A DNA stretch of 64,000 nucleotides, taken from an uncultured Veillonella sp. GTDB lineage: Bacteria > Bacillota > Negativicutes > Veillonellales > Veillonellaceae. Positions 38,449 through 49,056 of this stretch are shown piece by piece (positions within the stretch are counted from its first letter, which is position 1; every line of letters starts with the position of its first letter). Location: positions 19,839 to 83,838 of the forward strand of contig NZ_CAURHA010000002.1 of the NCBI RefSeq assembly GCF_963524655.1. The letters run 5' to 3'. Below the pieces are notes generated by a model. The model searched no databases. It was not told the origin of the DNA and saw only the letters and a list, made by a program, of their open reading frames with translations. Both the position numbers and the translations under genes were made by a program.

Positions 38449-39465
38449 TTATAGTAATCGGAAAATATCCTGAGTCGTTACATATAAGAACAATGCTACC
38501 ATTAAGGCAACACCAACCATTTGAATATACATGAGAGCTTTAGCAGGTAATCTACGGCCTGTTATAGCTTCAGCTAAAATAATAATCAAATGACCACCAT
38601 CTAATACAGGTAATGGTAATAGATTAATAACCCCTAAATTAATACTAAGGAATGCAGCAAAGCTTAATAATGGTGCAAAGCCAGATTGAGCAATGGTGCC
38701 AGCCATTTGAGAAATCCCAACTGGTCCAGACAATTCAGCGGCTTGAGTACCACGAAGCATATCATATAGGCCACTGACCATCGCAACAATAGTTTGACCT
38801 GTACGGCTAACAGCAAGGCTTAATGATTCACCAATACTATAAGTTTCACGAGTAAAACTAGGATAAATACCAATTTTAACGCTATCTTGTTCATACTTAG
38901 GTATTACTGTAGTTTCAACAGATGGTCCATCTCGTTCTACAAAGTCAGTTACTCGATGATTGGCTGTACCTTGTATGCTAGGACGAATTTCATCCCAAGT
39001 AGTAATTTTTTTGCCATCAATAGTAATAATTCTATCATTAGCTTTTAAATGAGCCTGTTCCGCAGCACTACCAGAAATGATATTGCCAATAACAGGTTCA
39101 TTTGTGTAGGTAAGGTTACCTACAGTCACATTAAGGCCAAAGAAAATAACAATGGCCAATAAAAAGTTAAATACAGCACCTGCAGAAATAACAATAAATT
39201 TCTTCCACGCAGGTTTATTATAAAAGGAGCGCTCATTAAGAGGCTCATCAGGACTCATACCTGCAATACGATTGAAGCCACCAAGAGGAATAATACGAAT
39301 AGAGTATAATGTCTCCCCTTTTTGTACCTTAAATATGGCAGGACCAAAACCTATAGCAAATTCGTCAACTTGCATACCTGACATCTTAGCTGTAATAAAA
39401 TGGCCTAATTCATGAATAAACACGATTAAACCAAATACAAATATTGTGGCTAATGCCGTTGTCAT
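38449..39465 (-). CDS. rseP: RIP metalloprotease RseP (site-2 protease with PDZ domain)
   Basis: HELGH, FAIGFGP, PLGG and NLLPLPVLDGG motifs. Confidence 0.95.
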   Translation of the reverse strand: MTTALATIFVFGLIVFIHELGHFITAKMSGMQVDEFAIGFGPAIFKVQKGETLYSIRIIPLGGFNRIAGMSPDEPLNERSFYNKPAWKKFIVISAGAVFNFLLAIVIFFGLNVTVGNLTYTNEPVIGNIISGSAAEQAHLKANDRIITIDGKKITTWDEIRPSIQGTANHRVTDFVERDGPSVETTVIPKYEQDSVKIGIYPSFTRETYSIGESLSLAVSRTGQTIVAMVSGLYDMLRGTQAAELSGPVGISQMAGTIAQSGFAPLLSFAAFLSINLGVINLLPLPVLDGGHLIIILAEAITGRRLPAKALMYIQMVGVALMVALFLYVTTQDIFRLL

Positions 39466-39473
39466 ATATTCTC

Positions 39474-40619
39474 CTATAACATCAATGATGTAGCCTTTTC
39501 ACGGGCCCATCTATCGATGGATAATAAATTATCTAACGTAAAGTCATCTTCTGGTCCCATAGATTCAAGAACAGAAGTTACAACTTTATAAATATCGCCA
39601 AAAGCGATTTTATCTTCTAAAAATGCATAAACAGCAGTTTCATTAGCTGCGTTAAATACAGCAGGCTTAAAACCACTGGCACGACCGACTTCATAAGCTA
39701 AACGAAGTGCAGGAAAATCATCGTACCGTGGTGGTAAAAATTCCAATTGTAAGGATTTCGTAAAATCAAGATGATTCATACTTAAAACTTCACGTTTTGG
39801 ATATGTCAAAGCATATTGAATAGGCTCGCGCATATCTGGATTACCCATTTGCGCTAAAATAGCACCATCCTTCATACGGATCATAGAATGAACAATACTT
39901 TGTGGATGAACTACTACATCAATATGATCAAAATCAAAACCAAATAGCCAATGAGCTTCAATTACCTCTAAGCCTTTATTAAATAAAGAGGCAGAGTCAA
40001 TAGTAATCTTATTACCCATATTCCAAGTTGGATGTCGTAAGCAGTCTGCAGCTGTAGCAGTTTTAATTTTATCAGAATCCCAGGTGCGTAAAGGACCACC
40101 AGAAGCTGTAACGATCAAGGAATCAACATTCTTGCGATTTTGACCTTCTAAGCACTGGAATATAGCACTATGTTCACTATCGATAGGTAAAATTTGTACG
40201 CCATACTCTTTAGCTAAAGATGTAATCAACGGACCGCCAGCAACTAGGGTTTCCTTATTAGCAAGGCCAATTGTTTTACCCTTTTTGATAGCCTCCACCG
40301 TTGGCTCAATACCTGCGGCACCAACAATTGCAGTGACAACCATAGTGGCCTCTTGAATCGTTGCAGCTGCTATGAGGGCTTCCTTGCCGCCTACAAGTTT
40401 TGTAGGACCTGTATAACGTACTTGTAGCTTTTTAAAAGCACTTTCATCAACTAAACCAGCTACTAATGGCTGATATTCTTTAATTTGTTTTTCTAAGAGG
40501 TCAATATTATGATGTGCCACTAAGGCAACCACCTTGAATTGATCTGGATGTTGAGACACTACATCAAGTGTCTGTGTACCGATTGAGCCAGTACTGCCAA
40601 TAATACTTAGGTATTTCAT
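39474..40619 (-). CDS. dxr: 1-deoxy-D-xylulose 5-phosphate reductoisomerase
   Basis: GSTGSIGTQ, LANKE, PIDSEHSA, HPTWNMG.KITIDSA and NAANE motifs. Confidence 0.97.
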   Translation of the reverse strand: MKYLSIIGSTGSIGTQTLDVVSQHPDQFKVVALVAHHNIDLLEKQIKEYQPLVAGLVDESAFKKLQVRYTGPTKLVGGKEALIAAATIQEATMVVTAIVGAAGIEPTVEAIKKGKTIGLANKETLVAGGPLITSLAKEYGVQILPIDSEHSAIFQCLEGQNRKNVDSLIVTASGGPLRTWDSDKIKTATAADCLRHPTWNMGNKITIDSASLFNKGLEVIEAHWLFGFDFDHIDVVVHPQSIVHSMIRMKDGAILAQMGNPDMREPIQYALTYPKREVLSMNHLDFTKSLQLEFLPPRYDDFPALRLAYEVGRASGFKPAVFNAANETAVYAFLEDKIAFGDIYKVVTSVLESMGPEDDFTLDNLLSIDRWAREKATSLML

Positions 40620-40640
40620 AAGTTTACCTCTATTCGATTA

Positions 40641-41462
40641 TTACGCGAATAGCAATATATAGACTAATGTGATAGGTGCAGCAAATAGTAAGCTATCAAA
40701 GCGATCTAATACACCACCATGACCTGGTAATAAAGTACCAGAATCTTTTACATTACATAATCGCTTAATCTTTGATTCAAATAAATCACCTAATGGTGCT
40801 AATATACCACTGATCATCCCTACATGGATACCCATCCACCAAGGAATACCAACAATATACGAAAATACTGCGCCTGTAATGATACAGCCTACAAAACCAC
40901 CAATAAAACCTTCTAATGTTTTATTAGGACTAATTGATGGTACAATCTTACGTTTACCAAATGCACGACCTGCAAAGTAAGCAAAGGTATCACTAGCCCA
41001 CGTAGTAAACAATAATAACCAAAGTGTAATTGTTCCCCAGTTATGTAGTTCAAAAGGCATTGTTAAAGACATATATATAGAGTCATGACGAATCATGAGC
41101 AAAGAAATCATGCCAATACCAACGTATAGCAAACCAAATACGCTAAAGGAGACGCTAGCCATAGAGTATTTATTTTCGCCAAACGTACATAACATATAAT
41201 TAGCAAATAAACTTAATACTAAAATAGCTATAGCTAGAATATATTGATGACATGCGAAAGCAATCATCAATAATAACATACTGATGTACCCCCATATAAT
41301 GGACATACGTACATGTTTAGCCTTACCGAGCAAAACAAATTCACGCCACCCTAATAGGGCTAACAGCGTAATAAGAACATCATACACTGGTCCGCCTAAC
41401 GTAATGGCCCCTAAGGCAATAATAAAACCTATAACAGCGGTTATAACACGTGTTTTTAACAT
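40641..41462 (-). CDS. cdsA: Phosphatidate cytidylyltransferase
   Basis: SDTFAYF.G, ISPNKTLEG and GDLFES.IKR...VKDSG.LLPGHGGVLDRFDS motifs. Confidence 0.96.
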   Translation of the reverse strand: MLKTRVITAVIGFIIALGAITLGGPVYDVLITLLALLGWREFVLLGKAKHVRMSIIWGYISMLLLMIAFACHQYILAIAILVLSLFANYMLCTFGENKYSMASVSFSVFGLLYVGIGMISLLMIRHDSIYMSLTMPFELHNWGTITLWLLLFTTWASDTFAYFAGRAFGKRKIVPSISPNKTLEGFIGGFVGCIITGAVFSYIVGIPWWMGIHVGMISGILAPLGDLFESKIKRLCNVKDSGTLLPGHGGVLDRFDSLLFAAPITLVYILLFA

Positions 41463-41465
41463 TCT

Positions 41466-42230
41466 TTATTCCTCATCACGTAAGCCACCAAATCGGCGTT
41501 CTCGTTTCTGATATGCCGCAACAGCTTCTAACAAAGTTTCCTTTGTAAAATCTGGCCAATGTAAATCAGTAAACCAGAATTCAGCATAAGCTAGTTGCCA
41601 TAACAAAAAGTTACTAATTCTAAAATCACTACTTGGACGAATCAATAAGTCTACATCGCTAAACTCTTTAGTAAATAATTGAGAGCTTACATAGTCTTCA
41701 GTAATATCGTCCGTTGTAATAGTACCCGCTTTTACAGAACTTGTAATATCGCGGATAGTTCTTACTATCTCATCACGTCCACCATAGTTAATAGCTAACT
41801 GTAAAGTAAGACCTGTATTATTCTGAGTTAACAGTTCTGCATCTCGAATGATTTGTTGTAACTCCGCTGAAAGAGCGCCAATATATCCAATAAATCGAAT
41901 GCGAACATTATGTTCATGCATATACTTAACATTATTGTTTAAGTATTCTTTGATGAGAGCCATAAGTAAAGAAACTTCCTGTTCAGGTCGTTTCCAGTTC
42001 TCTGTGGAGAAACCATATACCGTAAGAGCTCTAATTCCAATATCGTCAGCAGCGATAACGATCTGCTTTAATACGTCTGCCCCTGCACGGTGACCCATGG
42101 AACGTGGCATTCCTCTACGTTTAGCCCAACGTCCATTACCATCCATAATAATAGCAACATGTTTAGGAATAGCATTGCTATCAATAGCAGGCGTATCCGA
42201 TTGTTTACGGTTAAATAATTTCTTTAGCAT
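41466..42230 (-). CDS. uppS: Undecaprenyl diphosphate synthase
   Basis: PKHVAIIMDGNGRWA, FSTENWKRP, NYGGR and RISNFLLWQ motifs. Confidence 0.97.
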   Translation of the reverse strand: MLKKLFNRKQSDTPAIDSNAIPKHVAIIMDGNGRWAKRRGMPRSMGHRAGADVLKQIVIAADDIGIRALTVYGFSTENWKRPEQEVSLLMALIKEYLNNNVKYMHEHNVRIRFIGYIGALSAELQQIIRDAELLTQNNTGLTLQLAINYGGRDEIVRTIRDITSSVKAGTITTDDITEDYVSSQLFTKEFSDVDLLIRPSSDFRISNFLLWQLAYAEFWFTDLHWPDFTKETLLEAVAAYQKRERRFGGLRDEE

Positions 42231-42462
42231 AGTCTACCTCGATAGAATGTCCGAAGTCGCTGGCAATCATTGGTCTATATACTAGTATATGTAAACACTC
42301 ATCTACCTTAGTAATACGTGCTACATAAAATCCTTCGTCTGCAATCTCAAAAAAGCGGTTAAAGGATGCCCCAATCATTACCTTAAAAGGAATATGGGCA
42401 GCCTGCAAACGAGACTTTGCAAGCTGCCATGGCATTCCAATAAGGCTATTAGAATCTAACAT
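42211..42462 (-). CDS. Small hypothetical protein (83 aa) between frr and uppS
   Basis: ATG overlaps the frr stop (TAATG coupling) and the ORF fills the gap to uppS; no family recognised. Confidence 0.55.
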   Translation of the reverse strand: MLDSNSLIGMPWQLAKSRLQAAHIPFKVMIGASFNRFFEIADEGFYVARITKVDECLHILVYRPMIASDFGHSIEVDYAKEII

Positions 42463-43022
42463 TATACTTCTAATACGTCCTTTTCTTTTACTGCTTTTAA
42501 CTCATCAATATGCTTAACTTTAGCATCTGTAAGTTTTTGGATTTCATCTAAACCGTCTTTAGCATCATCTTCAGTAATTGTTTTAGCTTTTTCTTCTTTT
42601 TTCAATGCATCATTTACGTCACGACGAATGTTACGCACTGCAACTTTAGCATCTTCAGCTTTTTTGTGAACTACTTTAACGATTTCTTTACGGCGTTCCT
42701 CAGTTAATTGAGGAATAGTTAAGCGAATTTGAGCACCATCATTACCAGGATTTAAACCAAGGTCAGATTGTAAAATCGCTTTTTCAATTGCACCGATCAT
42801 AGTTTTATCCCAAGGAGCAATCACGATCATACGAGGCTCAGGCACGGAGATATTCGCAACTTGATTAATTGGAGATGGACTGCCATAGTAATCAACCATT
42901 ACTTTATCAAGCAATGCTACACTAGCACGACCAGTACGAATAGATGCAAATTCATGTTTTAAAGCCTCAATAGACTTATTCATGCGTTCTTCTGCTTGTT
43001 GTAACAATTCTTTAATTTCCAT
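42462..43022 (-). CDS. frr: Ribosome recycling factor
   Basis: IRTGRA, DYYG, LGLNPGNDG and LTEERR...AVRNIRRD motifs. Confidence 0.98.
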   Translation of the reverse strand: MEIKELLQQAEERMNKSIEALKHEFASIRTGRASVALLDKVMVDYYGSPSPINQVANISVPEPRMIVIAPWDKTMIGAIEKAILQSDLGLNPGNDGAQIRLTIPQLTEERRKEIVKVVHKKAEDAKVAVRNIRRDVNDALKKEEKAKTITEDDAKDGLDEIQKLTDAKVKHIDELKAVKEKDVLEV

Positions 43023-43027
43023 TTGAA

Positions 43028-43753
43028 TTATTCTCCTCGAACAATGGTACCAATCTCTTCGCCCTTAGCGGCTTTTGTAATGTTACCAGGAATGTCCATG
43101 CTAAATACAATAATAGGAATATTGTTATCTTTACATAAAGTCGTAGATGTAGCATCCATAACTTTTAATTCTTTTGTGATGATATCGTTATATGTTAACT
43201 CATCAAACTTAATGGCATTAGGATTCGTCTTAGGATCGGAATCATATACACCATCAGCAAATTTCTTCGCCATCAAAATTGCATCAGCTTCGATTTCAGC
43301 AGCCCGTAATGCAGCTGTTGTATCTGTAGAGAAGTAAGGTTTACCTAGACCAGCACCGAAGATTACGATACGTTTTTTCTCTAAGTGACGAATAGCGCGA
43401 CGACGAATATAAGGTTCTGCAATTTCTTGCATTTCGATAGCTGTTTGTACGCGAGTATCTACGCCAGCTTGCTCTAATGCATCTTGCAATGCTAAGGAGT
43501 TCATTACTGTTGCTAGCATACCCATATAGTCAGCAGTAGCACGATCCATACCTTGATTACTACCAGCCAACCCTCTCCATAGGTTACCGCCACCAACAAC
43601 AATTGCGATTTCTAAATCAGTGGATTTTGCTAAAGCTGCAATCTCTTGCGCAAATTCTTCAACAACATCAGGGTTAATACCAAATCCTTGGTCACCTGCT
43701 AATGCTTCACCACTCAACTTCAAAACAATACGTTGAAAGTTTCTCTTTGCCAT
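43028..43753 (-). CDS. pyrH: UMP kinase
   Basis: [29 protein letters not shown] and DGVYDSDP motifs. Confidence 0.98.
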   Translation of the reverse strand: MAKRNFQRIVLKLSGEALAGDQGFGINPDVVEEFAQEIAALAKSTDLEIAIVVGGGNLWRGLAGSNQGMDRATADYMGMLATVMNSLALQDALEQAGVDTRVQTAIEMQEIAEPYIRRRAIRHLEKKRIVIFGAGLGKPYFSTDTTAALRAAEIEADAILMAKKFADGVYDSDPKTNPNAIKFDELTYNDIITKELKVMDATSTTLCKDNNIPIIVFSMDIPGNITKAAKGEEIGTIVRGE

Positions 43754-43772
43754 GTTTTTACTCCTCTATTGC

Positions 43773-43806
43773 AAAATAAGAGAACACTGTACGGTGTTCT
43801 CTTATT
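43773..43806 (-). terminator. Terminator after tsf
   Basis: AATAAGAGAACAC..GTGTTCTCTTATT inverted repeat with a minus-strand T tail. Confidence 0.75.
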
Positions 43807-43815
43807 GTTTCTTAA

Positions 43816-44496
43816 TTATTTACCAACAGATGCCATTACTTCAGCTACGAAGTCATCTTGGCGTTTTTCAATGCCTTCACCTAAACCGTAGCGAACAAAA
43901 CGACGTACGTTGATGTTTTCACCGATTTTTGCAATACTTTCATTAATTACATCAGTAACAGTTTTGTCACCATCTTTAATGAATACTTGTTCTAATAGGC
44001 AGTTTTCTTTATAGAATTTTTCAATACGACCAGCAACCATTTTTTCCAAAACAGCTTCAGGTTTTGGTTTACGGCCAGCTTTTACGTCTTCTTCAGCTTC
44101 TACTTTAGCTTGTTCCAACAATACTTGTTTTTCGTGTTCGATTACGTCAGCAGGAACTTCTTCACGGTTCAAGTATGTAGGGTTAACAGCAGCGATTTGC
44201 ATAGCGATATCGCGTGCTAAGTTTTGGAAGTCGTCAGTTTTAGCAACGAAGTCAGTTTCGCAGTTAACTTCAACTAAAACGCCGATACGGCCACCAGCGT
44301 GGATGTAGGATTGTACTACACCTTCAGCTGCAATACGACCAGCTTTTTTAGCTGCTGCAGCTAAACCTTTTTCACGAAGAAGGTCAACCGCTTTATCGAT
44401 ATTACCGTCAGTTTCAACCAATGCTTTTTTAGCGTCCATCATACCTGCGCCAGTCATGTCGCGCAATTCTTTTACCAAAGCAGCAGTAATTGCCAT
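43816..44496 (-). CDS. tsf: Translation elongation factor Ts (short form, 226 aa)
   Basis: [20 protein letters not shown] and [10 protein letters not shown] motifs. Confidence 0.97.
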   Translation of the reverse strand: MAITAALVKELRDMTGAGMMDAKKALVETDGNIDKAVDLLREKGLAAAAKKAGRIAAEGVVQSYIHAGGRIGVLVEVNCETDFVAKTDDFQNLARDIAMQIAAVNPTYLNREEVPADVIEHEKQVLLEQAKVEAEEDVKAGRKPKPEAVLEKMVAGRIEKFYKENCLLEQVFIKDGDKTVTDVINESIAKIGENINVRRFVRYGLGEGIEKRQDDFVAEVMASVGK

Positions 44497-44611
44497 TATT
44501 TTGTTCCTCCTAGTATTAATTAAGGTAAGGATATAGTCCTTACCCTAATTATATATGTTATAGATTTATCTTTCAAATGCTAATCAGAAATGATTAAGTA
44601 GCTTTGCAGAA

Positions 44612-45331
44612 TTATTCTGCAGCTTCAGCATTGCCTTCTTCGAAGGATTCGCCTTGACGACCTTCAAGAACAGCGTCAGCCATTTTACCAGCCAACAATT
44701 TAACAGCGCGGATAGCGTCATCATTTGCTGGGATTGGGAAATCAACTTCATCTGGGTCGCAGTTAGTGTCTACTGTTGCAACTACAGGAATACCCAATTT
44801 TTTAGCTTCTGCAATAGCGATTTTTTCTTTTTTAGGATCAACTACGAAAAGAGCACCTGGCATTTTAGGCATATCTTTGATACCGCCAAGGTATTTTTCC
44901 AATTTTTCCATTTCATGACGAAGACCGATAACTTCTTTTTTAGGCAATACTTCGAAAGTACCATCTTCTGCCATAGCTTCCAATTGTTTTAAACGTTTAA
45001 TACGAGTTTCAATTGTTTTGAAGTTTGTCAACATGCCGCCCAACCAACGTTCGTTAACGAAGAACATGTTAGCACGGATAGCTTCTTCTTTAATAGCTTC
45101 TTGAGCTTGTTTTTTAGTACCTACGAACAAGATTACTTCGCCTTGGGAAGCAACTTCACGCAAGAAAGAGTAAGCTTCTTCTACTTTTTTTACTGTTTTA
45201 GACAAGTCAATGATATAAATACCATTGCGCTCAGTGAAGATGAATTTCGCCATTTTAGGGTTCCATCTTCTAGTCTGATGACCAAAGTGTACACCAGCCT
45301 CTAATAATTGTTTCATTGATACTACTGCCAT
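44612..45331 (-). CDS. rpsB: 30S ribosomal protein S2
   Basis: [33 protein letters not shown] and PANDDAIR motifs. Confidence 0.99.
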   Translation of the reverse strand: MAVVSMKQLLEAGVHFGHQTRRWNPKMAKFIFTERNGIYIIDLSKTVKKVEEAYSFLREVASQGEVILFVGTKKQAQEAIKEEAIRANMFFVNERWLGGMLTNFKTIETRIKRLKQLEAMAEDGTFEVLPKKEVIGLRHEMEKLEKYLGGIKDMPKMPGALFVVDPKKEKIAIAEAKKLGIPVVATVDTNCDPDEVDFPIPANDDAIRAVKLLAGKMADAVLEGRQGESFEEGNAEAAE

Positions 45332-45351
45332 TGTGGCACCTCCTGTTAATT

Positions 45352-45419
45352 AACCTCCGCCGCTTCATCCTTCGGGTCACCCAAAATTAGGCACAGTACC
45401 GAAGTCCACCGACGTGCAT
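45352..45419 (-). promoter_or_regulatory. Structured rpsB leader (candidate S2 autoregulatory element)
   Basis: GC-rich nested pairings CGTCG/CGGCG, CTTCGG/CCGAAG and GCCTAA/TTGGGT between the promoter and the SD. Confidence 0.5.
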
Positions 45420-45436
45420 ATTTTTCATACCCAATA

Positions 45437-45465
45437 ATTTTAACAAATAATTATTGTAAAAGCAA
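45437..45465 (-). promoter_or_regulatory. Putative rpsB promoter
   Basis: TTGCTT-17 bp-TAAAAT with TG extension. Confidence 0.65.
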
Positions 45466-45467
45466 GC

Positions 45468-45504
45468 AAGGAGTGAGGATTTCTTAAAGAATTCCTCACT
45501 CCTT
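45468..45504 (-). terminator. Terminator-like hairpin after rpe
   Basis: AAGGAGTGAGGA...TCCTCACTCCTT inverted repeat. Confidence 0.7.
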
Positions 45505-45579
45505 ATCTTAATTCGTAGTTTAGATCATCACTATATTCTTTTTAAGCCTATAATAGGTAACTCCATTACTAATATAGAT

Positions 45580-46230
45580 TTAGTTATTACGAATGGCTTC
45601 AATCATATGAGCACGATCTTCAGCACCAAACACAGCAGAGCCAGCTACTAATACTGTAGCACCCGCTCTTTTGATTGGTACACATGTAATATCGTTGATA
45701 CCACCATCTACTTCAATTACAGCCGTAGTATTATCTACTTCCTCTAACAACATCTTAGCTTGTTTAACCTTTTTAATGGCATTTTTAATAAAAGATTGTC
45801 CACCAAAGCCCGGATTTACAGACATAATTAAAATCATATCTAAATCAGCAGCCACATCTTCTAACACGGATACTGGTGTGCTTGGATTTAAAGCAACACC
45901 AGCTTTCATACCACATTGCTTAATATGTTGGATTAAACGATGCATATGCGGTACGGTTTCTTGATGGAACGTAAAATATTCTACACCGATTTTTGCATAT
46001 TCTTCTACATAGTCACCAGGGTTTGTAACCATTAAATGCACATCAAAAGGCAATTTTGTATATGGACGAATCGCTTTCACAATAGGAGCACCAAAGGTTA
46101 AGTTTGGCACAAAATGTCCATCCATAATGTCGATATGTAATAAGTCAGCCCCCGCTGATTCAATAGATTGTAACTCTTCGCTTAAGGTCGCAAAATTTGC
46201 GGAAAGCATTGATGGTGCAATTTTAATCAT
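45580..46230 (-). CDS. rpe: Ribulose-phosphate 3-epimerase
   Basis: HIDIMDGHFVPNLTFG, DVHLMV, MSVNPGFGGQ and EVDGG motifs. Confidence 0.97.
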   Translation of the reverse strand: MIKIAPSMLSANFATLSEELQSIESAGADLLHIDIMDGHFVPNLTFGAPIVKAIRPYTKLPFDVHLMVTNPGDYVEEYAKIGVEYFTFHQETVPHMHRLIQHIKQCGMKAGVALNPSTPVSVLEDVAADLDMILIMSVNPGFGGQSFIKNAIKKVKQAKMLLEEVDNTTAVIEVDGGINDITCVPIKRAGATVLVAGSAVFGAEDRAHMIEAIRNN

Positions 46231-46231
46231 A

Positions 46232-47095
46232 TTAAAACCTCTTTCGTTGACTTTCTATATCATTACGTATAGACATATAAGCGTCATATCGTCCTTGATG
46301 AATATGACCTGCTTCTAGAGCATCTTTAATGCCACAAATTGGCTCATGTTCATGATAACATGGGTTAAATTTACAAACATCCACATATTGACTAAATTCT
46401 GGGAATAATGTAGGCAATCGCTCAAGAGATACATCATTGAACTCAATAGCACTAAATCCAGGTGTATCCATAATGAAGGAATCTGCATCTAAACTATATA
46501 GGGAAGCATGACGGGTAGTATGTTTACCACGTTTTATTTTGTCACTTACCTCACCAGTTTGAAAGGCAAACTTAGGATCGACCGCATTTAATAGACTACT
46601 TTTACCAACCCCAGATGGGCCTGCAAAGGCAGTTACCTTATGTTGCAGTACATGACGTAAATCTTCAATGCCTGTCATATCATAGGTAGATGTCATCAAT
46701 ACGTCGTAGCCGATTGATTTATAAAGCTCAACCATCGCTTCCGTATCGGAATCCATCAAATCACATTTATTGATACATAGCACGATAGGAATATCTGCAT
46801 GTTCAATCATAACGAGCATTTTATTTAGTAAAAGCTCATTAATATCTGGCTCATGAGCTGCTACAACTAATACAACTTGATCAATATTAGCTACCGCAGG
46901 ACGTACCATAGCATTATGACGTTCGTGGATGGATTCAACGAACCCATCCTCCGAAATCGTAACGCGGTCACCAACAAGAAGACTGTAACGACCTTGCTTT
47001 AGTCTACCTCGAACTTTGCATTCATGAATAGTACTCGTATCATCTTGAACATAAAAGTAACCATTCATATTTTTGACAACAATACCTGTAATCAT
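46232..47095 (-). CDS. rsgA: Ribosome small subunit-dependent GTPase A
   Basis: NKCD, GPSGVGKSSLLN, RGKHTT, DTPG and Zn-finger CKFNPCYHEHEPIC motifs. Confidence 0.96.
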   Translation of the reverse strand: MITGIVVKNMNGYFYVQDDTSTIHECKVRGRLKQGRYSLLVGDRVTISEDGFVESIHERHNAMVRPAVANIDQVVLVVAAHEPDINELLLNKMLVMIEHADIPIVLCINKCDLMDSDTEAMVELYKSIGYDVLMTSTYDMTGIEDLRHVLQHKVTAFAGPSGVGKSSLLNAVDPKFAFQTGEVSDKIKRGKHTTRHASLYSLDADSFIMDTPGFSAIEFNDVSLERLPTLFPEFSQYVDVCKFNPCYHEHEPICGIKDALEAGHIHQGRYDAYMSIRNDIESQRKRF

Positions 47096-47103
47096 AGTAC
47101 CTC

Positions 47104-49038
47104 TTATAATGCAGTCTCTTGTACTAATGCACCATTGAGATATACTTCAATACGCACATTACCTACGCCAGATACTTTACGAACGATACGATCACCAGGT
47201 TTATTGGTATCATCATAAATTACAGCCGAACCTTCATCGTCTTTCACAACGATTTTAAGTTCTTGATTTTTAGAACCTGATGGTACAGTAACATCTACAG
47301 TACCAGTTGTTTTATTGCTACTGCTTTCTTCTTTTTTCTCAGATTTCTTTTTATCCTCTTTGAATTCAGTAGTAAGGTTTAATGTGGATCCTTCATCAAT
47401 CTCATCACCAGCTTTAATACTTTGCTCAATGACTACAGCTTTTTCCTCCACAGAGCCCGCTACTTGATTTACACCTAAATGAGCATTGCTCAAAGTATCG
47501 CGAGCATCTTTTAATGTCATACCTACAAGATTAGGTACTTTTACTTTTTTAGCTTTTGCCTTATTTACAACAAGATCAATTGTAGTACCTTTAGAAACTT
47601 TAGAATCCCCAGAAGGACTTTGAGCAATAACTACACCATCTTTTTTACCATCTACAGATTGTTGTGTTATCTTACCTACAACTAAGCCAACATCTTTAAG
47701 TCTTTGGCGAGCTTGATCTACAGTTAAGTCAGATAAATCTGGTACTGTAATATCACCTACACCTTTAGAAACAACAAGGTGAATCGTACGTTGCTCCTTA
47801 ACCTTTTCCCCAGCTCCAGGAGTTTGTGAAATGACTTGACCTGCTGGAACATCTGGGTTTGTAACCTCACTTGTAGATACACGTAAATGTTTATCTTCTA
47901 AAATATTTTTAGCCACAGATACTTGTTTACCTACAACATTAGGTACATCTACCGTTGTATTACTCCAGAAGTTACCATAGCTTAAGAAAGCTCCTAAAAA
48001 TGCTACCAAGAAAATGACAGCAGCACCTAGAACGATATATTTTTGTGGAATCGATGCAATTTTACTTAACATACTCTTCTTTTGACCCTCGTCTTTACGT
48101 TCTTCTTGAATAGTGCTGAAATCCTCAAGTGCTTCAGGATCAACAGCTGGTATCATTTGAGTTGCAAAATCATATGGTTCATGACGTTGAGTTTTACCCA
48201 TTGTAAAGCCTTGAGATAATCTTAAATCACTTATCATGTCAGAAATAGAATCAAAACGATCCGCAGGGTTTTTAGATAATGCCTTCATTACGACAGCTTC
48301 TAGAAGCGGTGGAATTGAAGGATTATATCGAGTTGGAGGAGCTACTTTTTCACGTACATGTTTTAATGCTACTGCAATTGGAGTCTCCCCTTCAAAAGGA
48401 ACTCTACCTGTAAGCATTTCATATAAAACTACGCCTAAAGAGTAGATATCAGTATTACCATCTACAGGTTTTCCACTGGCTTGCTCAGGTGATAAATAGT
48501 GAGCAGAGCCTAAAATTGAATTCGTATACATAACTGTATTAGTAGCATTCATAGCACGAGCGATACCAAAGTCAGTTACTTTCACACGACCAGTCTGAGT
48601 AATAATTACATTATGCGGTTTTATATCACAGTGAACAATGCCCATTGTATGAGCGTGTTCTAGACCTTCAGCTATGGCAATAGTAAATTTAACAGCCTCA
48701 TCTATGGATAGTCTGCCATGACGAGTAATATATTCTTTTAACGTTTCACCGTTTACATATTCCATGATGATGTAGTGTAAATCTTGATCAAATCCTACAT
48801 CATACATATTTACAATATTTGGATGATTTAATTTACCTGCAGCTTGCGCTTCTCGCTTAAAGCGAGTTACGAATTCATCATCATTAGCAAAGTTTGCATG
48901 CAATACTTTAATTGCTACTTGTCTACCTAATAAGGTATCTTCTCCTAGGTATACGTCAGCCATTCCACCAACGCCAATTTTATCAACAATTCGGTAGCGG
49001 TTATCTAGAAGTATACCTTTTATATTCATAGTACTCAT
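47104..49038 (-). CDS. pknB: PASTA-domain Ser/Thr kinase (Stk1/PrkC/PknB)
   Basis: GVGGMA, VAIK, HCDIKPHN, DFGIA and YLSPEQ motifs; TM helix; three PASTA repeats (VPNVVG, VPDLSD, VPNLVG). Confidence 0.96.
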   Translation of the reverse strand: MSTMNIKGILLDNRYRIVDKIGVGGMADVYLGEDTLLGRQVAIKVLHANFANDDEFVTRFKREAQAAGKLNHPNIVNMYDVGFDQDLHYIIMEYVNGETLKEYITRHGRLSIDEAVKFTIAIAEGLEHAHTMGIVHCDIKPHNVIITQTGRVKVTDFGIARAMNATNTVMYTNSILGSAHYLSPEQASGKPVDGNTDIYSLGVVLYEMLTGRVPFEGETPIAVALKHVREKVAPPTRYNPSIPPLLEAVVMKALSKNPADRFDSISDMISDLRLSQGFTMGKTQRHEPYDFATQMIPAVDPEALEDFSTIQEERKDEGQKKSMLSKIASIPQKYIVLGAAVIFLVAFLGAFLSYGNFWSNTTVDVPNVVGKQVSVAKNILEDKHLRVSTSEVTNPDVPAGQVISQTPGAGEKVKEQRTIHLVVSKGVGDITVPDLSDLTVDQARQRLKDVGLVVGKITQQSVDGKKDGVVIAQSPSGDSKVSKGTTIDLVVNKAKAKKVKVPNLVGMTLKDARDTLSNAHLGVNQVAGSVEEKAVVIEQSIKAGDEIDEGSTLNLTTEFKEDKKKSEKKEESSSNKTTGTVDVTVPSGSKNQELKIVVKDDEGSAVIYDDTNKPGDRIVRKVSGVGNVRIEVYLNGALVQETAL

Positions 49039-49056
49039 TATTTCTCCATTTCTAGA

